A DNA stretch of 63,346 nucleotides, the filler included, from Kipferlia bialata (lineage: Eukaryota), in assembly GCA_003568945.1 (NCBI GenBank). It is 3 parts of 3 records of this genome, joined end to end, with 100 filler letters (N's around TTAATTAATTAA, not from the genome) between each part and the next. Parts side by side here need not be neighbours in the genome. Positions count along the whole stretch, not along the records: positions 46,870 to 63,346 come from BDIP01000306.1; 2 more parts are not named here. One strand, given 5' to 3'. Both the position numbers and the translations under genes were made by a program. The notes under the pieces were generated by a model, which had not been told where the DNA came from, did no database searches, and was given only the letters and a program-made list of their open reading frames with translations. Shown piece after piece: positions 51,371 to 63,346 of the stretch. Position 1 is the stretch's first letter; every line of letters starts with the position of its first letter.

Positions 51371-51981
51371 TAGGGAGAGTCATCAACACATTAGTGCCGA
51401 AATAGAGAGATGTATGTCAGCCACCATCTGGATGCGTCTGGGGTGAGACAGGGAGAGAGCTAGGGTATTGAGGGGGGGTGGGCATGCAATGAGCCATTGC
51501 CCACGCAGATACATATAGTTCTTTCATGTATAGAGAGTTTATGTAAGTATAATAACCATTGAACCCACCTCACGTTCTGTGCCACCTGCTGTCCGTGCTC
51601 CAGGGTGCACAGCACTCTCCAGCTGCTCCTGGCACATAAGGGAGATGCGACACTATCACATAGTGACCACTACTCCAATACCCACCTCCTCCCTGCCACG
51701 TAGTTCTTGTAGGCCACGCTGAGCAGGTTCCTCTCCTCCACACTCAGCTCCTTCCTGTCTGTGGCTATGGTGGTGGTGTGGTGGATCATCTCTGGCGGTG
51801 AGGGGGGGGGGGGGGATAGAGAACAACTACTACTCTTTAACGGCTTTTTTTTTTCTTTTCCCCCCCCCCCCCCCCCCCCTTCACACGTACCCATCCGGCT
51901 ATTGGTTCTCTATGTCCCTCTGTCTCTCTCACCCCAGCACAGCCTATCTCTGGTGGAGAGTGTACTGGTAGTGGAGGGCAT
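49926..51981 (-). CDS. Divergent 14-3-3 protein
   Basis: [106 protein letters not shown]. The start exon is tentative. Confidence 0.92.
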
Positions 51982-52024
51982 ATCACTCGATAGCATAGCA
52001 AGGTGAGGAATATATATTGCATCC

Positions 52025-54154
52025 ATGGCGCGCTACCTGTGTTCAGACCGTTCATCAGTATATGAAGCAGTATATAGTATATTGTTGTTGTATTTGTCTG
52101 TGTATACTCTCACTCCAGAGGTGAGCCCGAGCTGTTTCTGCAGTATATATATATATCAGTATATGAAGTTGTGCATAATGGTATATACTGTATTAGTACT
52201 TACTCCAGGGGTGAGCCCGAGCTGTGTCTGCAGTGTGGCAGAGACACCCTAGTACTGGTGGAGATGAGCGACGGAACTAGGTGGGTATATGTCTACATAT
52301 ATGCAAGTATACCCCCCCTCCTCTCTCTCCCTCTCATATCCAGCCAGTGCCCGAGATGCTTCCGGACTGGCTTCCTGTCCCCCCCTGGTGCCAACCCCTC
52401 CAAGCCGGGCCAGGCAGTGCCCCTCTCCCTATCGGGGGCAGAGTGCAGTGTGAGGTATGCGTTTGTATACTGTCTGTATGTATCTCATGTATCTATTGAA
52501 TGCGATGCTCACTCCAGGACCCCAGAGGGTGATGTAGTAGACATCTCCGACCTGATTGGGGGTGAGGAGGCACTAGACACCACACCTACAGATGCCCCTG
52601 CTGCTTCCAGCACTAAGGATGATGCCCCTATCAAGGGTGCAGGTGGGGCAGTGAGTGAGAGAGAGAGAGTAAGGAGTGTGCAGGAGATGGCAGACACCTA
52701 TGCCAGACAGACACAGACAGAGGGTCTCCTCTCCTTACTCTCCCTCCTCTCCCCTGCCCTGTCCTCTGCCCATGTGTCCATGCCACACACTGTGCATGGG
52801 GGGGACAGGGTGCCCATGGAGGTAGAGGTGGTGCCAAGGTGGGTTCTTCTCAGAAGAAATTGTGTGTATACTATGTACTTCCAGAGATAGCCTTCGTATC
52901 TATAGCTTTGCAGATGTATTTATTGAACACTGTTGTACTATACCATCTCTCACCCCCAGAGATGGCCTTGGCAGGTCTGTGCGCATTGGCACCGATGCCA
53001 TCTGCAAGGAGTGCACCCTGACCCTGTCCTGCATCAGTGACGATGAGTGCATGCCCCCCACCCCCCTCCCCCTCTCCCTCTCTGCCTCTGGGGACAGACT
53101 GGTCACATCATTCGGCACACTAGAGGCAGAGGGTGGTGTGTCTACAGGCACAGGGGAGGATGTGTGTGTCCCCCCCGGTGTGTATGGACTCAGACTGTAC
53201 TGGAGGGGCATGGTGCACACAGAGAGTGTGACTGTGAGGCCCAAGGAAGAGGAGAGAGAGAGGGTGGTCTATGTCGACAGGGTCAAGGTGCTGGACCCTT
53301 CTGTCGTGGTGGAGGTGCCTGCCACAGAGAGTGTAGAGAGTGTTGAGAGTGTTGAGGCACCAAGTCCCGTGACAGAGGAGGCTGTTGTGGAGGAGACTGT
53401 TCCTACTCTTGAGGCTGTGTCTGTATCCCCCTCTCCCTCTCCCGCTCCCTCTCCCATTGAGGAGGAGAGAGAGGAGGTAGAGGAGCCAGCCCCTATTGCT
53501 GCCGCCCCCGCCCCCTCGAAGCCCCTCCTCTCCCTGTCTGTACCTCCCTTTGCCGTAGTCGATAGGGATGTGGACATCACCGTGACCAGGGAGAGGGGTG
53601 ATGCCTCTAACATGGTGGGTCAGCTGACTGTGAGGGTGGGTGAGGTGGCAGACGGGGCCGGGGAGGGGGTGGCCCTGGAGGCCCTGGCCTGTGTCACAGA
53701 GGGCACCACAGACACAGTCAGGTACTCATTCACATCCAAGACACCCGGTGACTATGTGGTATCAGTGCAGGGTGCCACTCTAGGGGTCGACACAGTGCAG
53801 AGACGGGTGCTGGTCCGGCCATTCCTCTTTGCAGACGGGACCGCCTCTGTCTCCCTCTCTGCCTCTCTCTCCACCCCACCCCTCTCCCCCTTCCCCTCGG
53901 TGGGTAGGGTGGCTGCCAAGCTCTCTGTCTCCGGCTGTGCCAGGATAGGCTATGAGGTGGAGGGTGAAACCGATGCCAGCAGGGTGGTGCTGGTGGGTGA
54001 GGGTGAGCACACCATGCTGTACGATGGAGGTAGGGGCAGGGCGGCACTCAGAGGGCCCTCGGGGCAGTATGTGATACCCCCCTGCAAGCTGGTGGGCAGT
54101 GTGAGACCTGTGGTACAGGCAGGAGAGGCAGAGGGGAAGGTGGTCATTGTATGA
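52025..54154 (+). CDS. Hypothetical protein: N-terminal CxxC...CxxC motif, Ig/filamin-like beta segments, E/P-rich linker
   Basis: CLQCG and CPRC in early exons. Long terminal exon ~52959-54154 includes VRYSFTSKTPGDYVVSVQG. The start exon could not be phased confidently. Confidence 0.55.
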
Positions 54155-54356
54155 ATAGAGGAAGAGGCGTGTGTATCCTCTCAGTTTAGGGGACTGCGAA
54201 GCTGTCCAAGGACTGCGTCATTGAGTGTACATAGATGACTCAATAGAATCCGCAACGACGACACATTTACTACCTGATCTCTATCTGTCCCTCAATCGGA
54301 CAGGTTACGAAACATACTACATACACAGACTACTCTCTCCACTCAAGGCATCTCTC

Positions 54357-56019
54357 TCACTGCTTGACCTCTGTTGCGTCAGGCTCGACACTGCTACTCC
54401 TGACAGTGAGACTAGGGAGAGAAGGAGGAGGAGGGGGGGGGGGGACACGCAATCCGTATATAACCTTCGGAAGTATAGTGTATACCATACCTGGTGGATG
54501 ACAGTGAGCCTATGCTTGTGACGCTGCCACTCCTCCTTCTGCGCCTTCCCCTCTTCCTAGACCCATAGGTCTCACGGAGGGCGTCATAGATCTAGGGGTG
54601 AGAGAGTGGGTGATACCAGATATACATATATGAGTGACTAAGGTAAGTGGTATGTACCTGAGTGCTGTCTGCCCTCTTTGTCTTGAACCCATCGAGAGAG
54701 GGTGCCGAGACCAGCTTCCTGACCCTCCGCCTCACCACCACACTCAGCACCCTCACCCTCACATACACCAGCCACATGCATAGTCCATAGAATATGGCAA
54801 GAAGGGCATACACAATGGGCAGCATCAGCATGTTCTTGGGCTGGTGCACGTCGAGGAAGGGGTAGATGGAGAAGTTGAACAAGGCAGAGAAGGAGAGACC
54901 CATGCAGGAGTAGACGGATAGGGTGGCAAAGAGAGGCTTGATGTTGCACAGGGGGAACTCAATGCGGGAGGCTGAGGTTAGAAAAGAACAAAATAATGAA
55001 CTGCTTTTCTAGGAGGGAGGGAGGATAGGAGAAGAGGGGGGGCAAGTGAGAGTGACTGCATTGCGGCCATGAGGCGTGTATTCTTCATACCTACGAGCTC
55101 GAACATGACAAAGATGAGTGTCACACCGTGAGCACCAATGCCATACACTGGGGTCAATGAAACAGGAAGACTATATGAGAGAATACTGTGAATGCATATA
55201 TATACCTAGGTCGATGTTTCCGTGGTCTCTTCTGAAGTGCTTCCAGAGGAGGGGCCAGAAGATGCAGGTCTGGACGTGAGAAGGAATCGCTTAGTGAATA
55301 GAGGCGAGAGGATGCAAGAGAGAGGGAGAGAGAGACGTACTGTCAGCAGGTGCATTGGGGCTGCCACGTTCAGCATCATCTCTGCATAGTGGGCAGCATG
55401 GGAGGGCCTGGAGCGCTGGTACCTGGGATCAGGGAGACAGACACAAGGACAGAATCAATGACTATAATCAATCCGACCGTCAAAGACCCCCTCACATTGT
55501 GGCCAGCTTGGATGGACCCGGGATGATGTAACGCTGGGACACAACCCAGGCCTGCACTGCGTATACGGCACTGATCATGTTGGTCCTGGGTGGTCAGAGG
55601 CATGTGAACAAGAGAGAGACGTCATGTTCTACAGACACACACTGACAATTGAACACCAGCTCTCAATCTTGATGCCTACACACGCACCAGTTTGTCCATT
55701 GCACAAAGAACCGCAGCTTGCGTGTCCACACTCCTGTCACCAGCACTGTCAGGTGCAGGGCCATGCTAGGGTGAGGGAGGGAAGAATGGTCATATAATGA
55801 CAAGTGAATCCCACTCCAAACCAGCCATACCTAATGCAGCGAATCACATAGAGGTGCGTGGTACGCACGATAGGCGACGTGGCCAGATCTCTGAGGGATG
55901 GATGTACCATAACGCGACACAAGAGAGGAGATCGTCATCGAGAACAGAATCAGTGAGATGGCCCTTATTCTAATACTTTTGACGATCGTCAACTCTGTAC
56001 GATCACAAAGATGTCTCAT
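54357..56019 (-). CDS. FAR-17a/AIG1-like (rolling-stone-like) multi-pass membrane protein
   Basis: Hydrophobic exons with family motifs LRFFVQWTNW, TCIFWPLL, IGAHGVTLIFVMFEL and FSIYPFLD, followed by a basic tail. Confidence 0.7.
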
Positions 56020-56041
56020 CTTGCCGTATTGCTACTGGTCG

Positions 56042-59000
56042 TCAATCTCCTCTTGCCGGATGAAGCAATAATTCTACATACACCGTGTTCCCTGCAAATG
56101 GGAGAGCAGAGGGCAAGTATGTGGTCAACACATGGGCAAATTGTGTGTCATCTATTCATTGTATCGTAATAGACAACTCCATCAATCCCCCCCTTCTATA
56201 GGAATAGGGGCGATGGCGACACTGGTCTGAAGGATGTGTGTCTGTCTGCATTGTGCACTCCATCCTCACCTGTCAACACACCGGAGGCACACACACGGAA
56301 CCTGAAGAATGAGAAATGAACATGTGCAAAGGTATATACTTGGCATGTCAACTATACACTTAGAGAGTGCCTTGCGTTACCTTGATGCGATGTCGACCTG
56401 TGTCTGCTGTGAGACCAGTGCAGTATACGCCAATGTATGGGAGCAGCCAGGCTCCAGGGAGAGGGAGACCTGGCTAGGCCCCATGATGGGAAGGGAGAGA
56501 GAGAGGGCCTCCACAGAGGAGTTGTCCACAGCCACGGAGAGAGACACTGCGTCAAAGAGAGCATGGGATGTCAAGGTGAGGGCTAGAGGGACCACCCCTC
56601 CTGCTGATGCGTCCACACCCTCTGCCACAGAGAGGCATACACCTATGGGGGGCAACACCTGGCCGACCCCTCCCTCTCTATCCCTCCTGGCCCAGCCCAG
56701 CTCAGGTAGATGCAATGCCCCATCCTTGACAGATAGGACATGCTCGATGGACTCGCCCAGTGCGATGGAGGGGGAGTAGGGGTGGGGGATGGAGACCACA
56801 CCCCGGTAGCTGATGCACACCTCATCGTCCATGTCCACCCCCATCTCTGCATCTACACCTCCCTCATGGGCATACAGCTCTGGGGCAATGGACCCACCCC
56901 CACCCTGTGTAGAATGCACAACAGCAAGGTGCACAGCACGAGAGCGTCTCGACCGCTGGGTCTCCTTCTGACGCCACACCTGGGGGTGAGGCATATAGAT
57001 ATCAACCAGGTTAGAGTTTATAGTGGTATATAGTGGTATATACCTTCTCCCTGGCTATGCTCCGCCTAGAGTTTGATGCATTGACCGTCTCCTCGTCCTT
57101 GATGGACTCGAACTGACCAAAGCCCATGGGGTTGATGATGCGTACACCGTCCCTCTCCTCGTTGTGCTTGTCCTCAACCTGGAGTCAGACTATATATATA
57201 CAACTCTCTCTTAATGCAGATACAGATATACCTGGCGCCTAAGTGCGAGCTGTATGAGCCTGTGGAATGCTGCAGTGACCGTCGGGTGAGGGTGTGCCGG
57301 TGCCTCCCCCCCGGTGAATGCCATGACCATCGGGGCAGGGGCCTCACACACAGGCCTCTCCTCTTTAGCCAGAGTCACCTTGAACACCTCGGTCTCACCC
57401 CCCTGGCCCATACCGTCATCCAGAGTGTTGCTGGATAGGCCAGTCACATGGGGTCTGTATGCACAGACATCAGAGAGGGTCCACCCACTCTCAGTTGTGG
57501 GTGTATCATCACTGTCTGTGGGTAGGGTGTCACCCACCGGCATGGTCAGCACAGCCACAGGTCGGGTGGTGCCTGGGGTCAGGAGGGGTACAATCTCAAA
57601 TACAGTACTTGTAGAACGAAGGCTATCATTGATGCCTTCAATGTATAAATATACTACATCGATACTTCAGTAGTGTACCTAGCAGCTTGATGCCCACCAG
57701 CACATCTGCACAGGAGGAGGTGTCATCTGAGCAGGGGGTCACGGGGCCATAGCTAGAGTAAGACAATATAGTAAAAGAGAGGTAATTGAATCGTCAGTAC
57801 ATGGTGCAACTGGACCACCATAGAGAGGTACATGAATACAAGTGTGAAAGACATTATATAAATGATTACATACCCTATTGCCCTGATTGACTGCACATCT
57901 GCTGTCACCCGACAGACCTCGGCTGCCCTCTCGGCCTCTCTCTCAGCGGGGAGGTCACGGTCAATCTGGGGGGTCAGAGAGATACATATAGAGAGTAGTA
58001 CATTCCAAATATGAATGATGTAGCCCATACTCATATACATATACACACACCTCCTCAGCCACCCTCTTTATCCGGGGCATGTCGTATGTATCAACCACAA
58101 AGAAGGAGAGGGAGGTGGTGTTGTCATCGGGGCACAGGAATGTGAAGGGTAGAAGGAGGGGTGCCTCGGGTGACACATAGAGGGTGCAGGGGGAGGCCAC
58201 AGAGATACTGACACCAGCAGTGCCACCGGGCACTGAGACACTCCTCTCTCTCTCCTCCTTCCTCGCTGCCTCTGCCTCTGCCTCCGTGGCCACAATCTCT
58301 ATGGGGATGTACCCCTCCCTCATACCAGCACCCTCACCCAGCACACAGCCACCTAGCATACCCGTCCACCTGGGTGTAGGACCAGGCTCCACACCCTCTC
58401 CCACCCTGGGTGTGTGCCATATGACCCTGCCTGCTAGGTCACACCTTAAGTGTAACTCACCCACCTCAGGGGCAGGCATGGCACTGCAGTCCACCCTGAG
58501 TTCTGCTGTCTGCAGAGACCCCCCGAAGGATGTCCTCTGGGGGGCAGTAGGGAGGGAGAGAGAGAGGGCAGGGGCGGCAGGCTGCGTGGGTATCACGCAC
58601 AGGTGGGGGTGGGGGCACATGAAGTTGCACAGGAGGGAGGTGAATATGTCGGTCGGGGAGTCGTTAGGGGATGTGACACCAGAGGGTAGGCATGAGAATG
58701 AGGCGTCGTTGACCATGGATAGCATGCTCCCTCTGCCCCTGGTGTGCCTCCCACTCATGCGCCCACTGGCCCTGGGGTTACACAGACATATGTATAGACT
58801 AGTACATATGTAAAATAGTATACATATGAACTATATGTATATGGTACCACTGCCACTGATACCTAGCGTTGGCCAGTGCCACTGATATGGAAGGGGAGGC
58901 AGGTCTGGCAGGAGATGCACAGGGTGTAGACAGGGCTAGGGCATGTGCCGCCAGGGTGGCTGTGGATATGGGCCAGGCCAGGGAGGGGTGGGACGAGTGG

Positions 59001-62000
59001 CAGGGGGAGATGAAGGTGGATGGGGAGAGAGACTCAGGGGCAGTGGGGTGCACCAACAGGGGTTCCAGCTCTGAGGCCACGTCCACTACTACATCGTGCC
59101 ATCCATTGACAGAGAAGCACTCGTTGCGGGGCCTGGGATCAGTACATAATACTCTACGGTTGAGATACATATAAACAGTAGTATTTGTAATAATGTATGA
59201 GTACCCACCTGACGGTGCAGTATGCCCCGAGCTTGAGTGAGACCGATGCTATCACCCACAGACCGGAGGTGGGAAGAGTGAGACCACCTGGGGTAAGGGT
59301 CGGAACCTAAGGGATGGGGGGGGTCAGTTACTTCAATAGTGAAGCTCAGTAGATACGGAATCAAAGACACCACCATGCATGGGCCCCACCTAGCACGACA
59401 GCCGCACTGCTCTGGCCGTGTGTCCCCCCAAACTCCAGCAAGTCCTCCATGACGTTGGACTGAACTGGTGCCACTGCTCTGTTGTACATGCACATGCCAT
59501 AGCCCTCGCCCTCAAACCCACCCAGCTCTATATCAACACTGGACACAGGCTGGGGGGCATCACTCTCGCTCTCATCCCCGGGGGACTGGGCGATGCCGGG
59601 GGAGGGGGTCGGGTCGAGGAGGCGCAGGGTCACGGAGATGTCACGAACCTTCAGACGCACACCTGGGATGAATAGATACATCGTATGAACACCAAATACC
59701 CCTATCTTTCATATCCTATATACCCTAATGTACCTGGTAGAGGTGTCCTCAGGATGAGACCCACGCAGAATGGCACGTTGCTCCTGATACCTAGACCACC
59801 AGATGGACAGGCAGAGGAGTCTGGGCCGGGGATGGGCTGGAGTTAGATGATAATAGTGCGAGAGACACAGTAATAGTTGTATATTTAGGAATCACTGCTT
59901 CTTACCTCCACACTCCTGCTTCCCATCCTGGCCGAGGGAGAGTCTCTACTGGACAGACCATAGTTCAGTCTGGGTAAGGATAACATACAGATGAACGGGG
60001 TTGTTTGTGTACTGTATCGCTGCCCATACCTCTCCCCCTGCGTGTGCTGTGCGTTCACCCTGTGTCTGAAGTACTCAGCTGGGGTCATGCCGCTCATGGC
60101 ATGGCCTGGGGGGTGAGACAGGTGTAGGGATTAGTTAGTGTATATGTGTATATGTGTGTGTACCTGCCCCTGCCTCGACCTCCCTGGCCCACACATCTGA
60201 CACGTTGTCACTCCTCAAGGGGTAGTACCTCCCAGGGAGGGGGGTGGATGCATCGTCAGAGGGTGCTAGGACACAGGCAGGTAGGGCACAGACGTGGCAC
60301 AGGGCGGGTACCCCCACAGACACACCGACAGGGGGTGCGGGGGAGGAGGCAGAGACACGGCCAGTGACCACGTCTCTCTCCCTCTCCCTCTCCCTCTCCT
60401 TCTTGGCCATGCCTGGGGGGTGGGAGAGCTAAACACCACTGTAGTGTCTGGTGACTATACAACATACGAGGTATATCACACACCTAGCCTGTTCTTGAGC
60501 ACATCCAGCTGCTGCACTGGGTTGAGTCCACCCGCACAGGGTAGGAGACGGCGGTACAGACCGGGGGCCTGGGGTGAATACAAAAACATACACGTATATA
60601 TAAATGTATACTTATCATACTCGTATATCATACCTGGTCCGTGTGCCACTTGACGGCTGCTGTGAATGCGTGTAGGTATGCCAGGGACCTGACTGCACCC
60701 CAGACCCGGGTGGCCTGGGGGGCGGCATCCCTGGGGTGAGACGCATGCAGACCAAAGGATAGTTCTTATAGATACTAGAAGAGAGAGACAGAGAGAGAGA
60801 GAGAGAGATGGTATCCCCCATACCCGTCCATAAGCCTTGTGCTGCCCAGGATGTCGTAGAATCCTAGTCTTCTGACCAGAGCCAGGGACCCCGTTTCACA
60901 GCCTGCTATGCTCTTGCTCCACCTGGTAGGTCAGCAGAGAACACAGTATGTTGGAGTCTGGAAAGACAAATGTTAATATGCTCGTATATACGTACATGAG
61001 TCTGTTTGCGGCATAGATCAGGAACAGTGCCCCCTTTCTGGGCATGGCCATGGACACACACCGCACAGCAGCAGCCTGGGGGGTGAGAGATATATATACA
61101 CAATAACAATAATGATGATATGAGAGAGAGACAGGAAGTTGCGGCACACACTCTCATACCTCGTGTATAGAGAGAAACTAGTGGAATACGTACCTCGTAG
61201 TATATGGCCTTGACCAGGTCGCTGTCATATCGGGTGTACTGCTGTGATGTGAGCACGTCTATGCACTGCTGGTCTGACCCCAGACTGCCCTCCATCAGGG
61301 CAAGCAGCAGAGGGATGCGGCTGTAGGCAACACTGTTGGTCACACTGTCCCTGGGGGTGAGACATACACACATTGAGGAATATATACATCATACATGTAT
61401 ATAGAAACAGCCACTAACCTGTCATCTGTTGCTGTCTGCCACGCTGTGCCTAGGCTCTTCCGACAGTTGGTGTACATGTCCCTGACATCATCGTTGTCAT
61501 ACTGGCCACCCTCCCTAGACAGCGAGGATATACCCCTCTCAGAGAGCAGGGAGGCCAGCTTATCAGCGTGGAGGAAGGTGCACATCCCATCATAGGTGTG
61601 GACATTGGCACGGAACAGAGCGCGGGAGGTCCTGGGGTGTGAGAGGAAGATTACTACCATACAGCAAGATCAAAGGGATATGCATATCACTAACACACCT
61701 GCAGTCATTTGCTGCTCTCCTCAGTGCCAGGGTATAGTCCTCTCTCTCTCCATCTCTACTTATACATATATATTCATACCTATAGTCACTGGCAGCCCTC
61801 CTGAGTGCCAGGGTGGCCAGTCTGTACTGGCCCAGCTGGGCGTACAGACACCCTGGGGGTCAATGTACAAAGTGTATATATACTATATACTGGTATGTAC
61901 TAGGTACAGATACTGAATGTGTATACAAACTATAGTCTGATATATAGTAGACACAGACACTTGTTCAGACACCCATGGGGTCATGGTATAGTAGAGAAAT

Positions 62001-63100
62001 TACAGAGTGGATAAGAAAACAGTGGTCCCATGGTAGTTGCACACCTAGGTACAGGGCCACTGACTCTGGACTGTTACCAGCAGACAGAGACTCGGGGGCA
62101 CGGTCTGAAGATGAGGAACTAACCAGTCACCAAATGTGAATGATATATGCTCAATACACACCTGTGTCGTCTGAGCCTCTCTTGAAGATTCTGACCTTCC
62201 AGGCCTTCCTAGACGTATCTGCCCTGGGGGTCAGTCAACAGAACACAATGCACACACATTCTTTTGTATATATAGTTGGAGTGATTAGTATATATACTTA
62301 GAGTCACATACCTATAGCTGAGCCTGTCCAGCCTCTGCTCCATGACCCTTAGTACAAAGCGGGACACAAACTCTCGCATGAAGACTGGGGCCTGAGAGTG
62401 AGGAATACAACCTAAGAAAACCTCAAAAGATGCTTCTGTATACTCAAATCACTCATAAGGCACAACATACAAGTGCTATAATACTCTGTACCTGCCCGTC
62501 TATCTTGACCTGTCTGTCCAGTCCCTGCTTGGACCACCGGGCATTGCCAGAGGCACCGTGCAGACCTAGGCGTCAGTATCAGTACAATATATAGATAACG
62601 AGGAATTAATACACCCTGATTATTCTAAGTATAGTACTCCACCTGCGTTTGTGGAGTGTGCGAGGTATCTGATATATACTATATACTATATACTATATAC
62701 AATATACTATATACTATATACAAGAATGAACAAATGAACAAAAGAACACTGTCTGTATTACACTACACTATATATACTATACCCCACCTGCGTTTGTGGA
62801 GTGTGCGAGGTATCTGTCGAGCCAGTTGCTGAGGGATGCCACCGTGGTTGTGTTGGGCAGGGTCAGGTCAAGGGTCCAGAGACGGGTGAGGGAGCCAGCG
62901 GGGGTCTTGCTGCCCTTGCTCTTGCCTGGGGGTGAGATGATAGAATAAGATATACGAAATATATACAGCATTACGCATATATGATTGTGTCAACGTACTC
63001 TTTGAAGTCCCCATTGGCGACACCCTGACACTAGTGATGGACCTCAGCTGGGAGTGGAGGGAGGAGGTGGCGTCGGGGAGGGGGGGCATGCCGGGTAGCC
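56042..63100 (-). CDS. Probable TRAPP III subunit TRAPPC8/Trs85 (5' end beyond window)
   Basis: VFMREFVSRFVLRVMEQRLDRLS..ADTSRKAWKVRIF, LGQYRLATLALRRAASDY and AIYYEAAAVRCVSMAMPRKGALFLIYAANRL parallel recalled TRAPPC8 motifs (P.mE..i..l; A.l.EqAA.cf...RK.af....Ag.rf), followed by beta-rich C-terminal exons. Confidence 0.6.
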
Positions 63101-63122
63101 TGGTTGTTAGCTATATATATAC

Positions 63123-63159
<37 letters not shown>

Positions 63160-63346
63160 GTGGCATCGGGGAGGGGGGGCATGTCGGGTAGTCTGATTGT
63201 AAGCTATACATATACGAAGAGAGAGAGAGAGGGAGAGAGAGAGAGAGAGGAGGTGGCATCGGGGAGGGGGGGCATGTCAGGCAGTCTGGGTGTTAGATAT
63301 ACTTATACATGGGGGGGGGGGGGGGGGCCCGGTGACCAAAAGAAGT

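Noticed and set aside
39282..51981. Possible diplomonad-type genetic code (TAA/TAG = Gln)
   Set aside because: Conserved Gln positions in cysteine synthase use CAG (IQG, NQF), no in-frame TAR was seen in conserved exons, and some genes appear to end in TAA or TAG.
378..63089. Most short ORFs in the six-frame track (YIYI, SLSL, CVCV, THTH-rich)
   Set aside because: They are translations of intronic dinucleotide microsatellites or antisense shadows of real exons.
1..63346. tRNA, rRNA, reverse transcriptase or transposase genes
   Set aside because: None recognisable by eye; a covariance-model or HMM scan could not be run.

Overview
Eukaryotic, very intron-rich DNA: GT-AG introns packed with (TA)n/(GA)n/(CA)n microsatellites, and a branch point almost fused to the acceptor (CT[ACG]AC-N2-4-[CT]AG). 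This style fits a free-living fornicate such as Kipferlia (inference, not verified). The window is three unrelated scaffolds (1-23341, 23442-46769, 46870-63346) joined by artificial N44-TTAATTAATTAA-N44 linkers. Genes spliced by eye: an arrestin-domain protein, a C2HC-finger/coiled-coil gene broken by two micro-duplications, a large helical protein, a coiled-coil protein with a basic tail, a beta-propeller-like fragment, a DUF4470-family protein, cysteine synthase, the 3' end of a bacterial-like Na+/Pi cotransporter, a divergent 14-3-3, a FAR-17a/AIG1-like membrane protein and a probable TRAPPC8/Trs85. The main unexplained signal is pervasive 'exon echoes'. Introns carry up to about 6 partial copies of the adjacent exon. 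Upstream copies keep the acceptor plus the exon head; downstream copies keep the exon tail plus the donor. They differ from the working exon mostly at synonymous or conservative positions, although they cannot splice as complete exons. All gene models are manual and boundaries are approximate.
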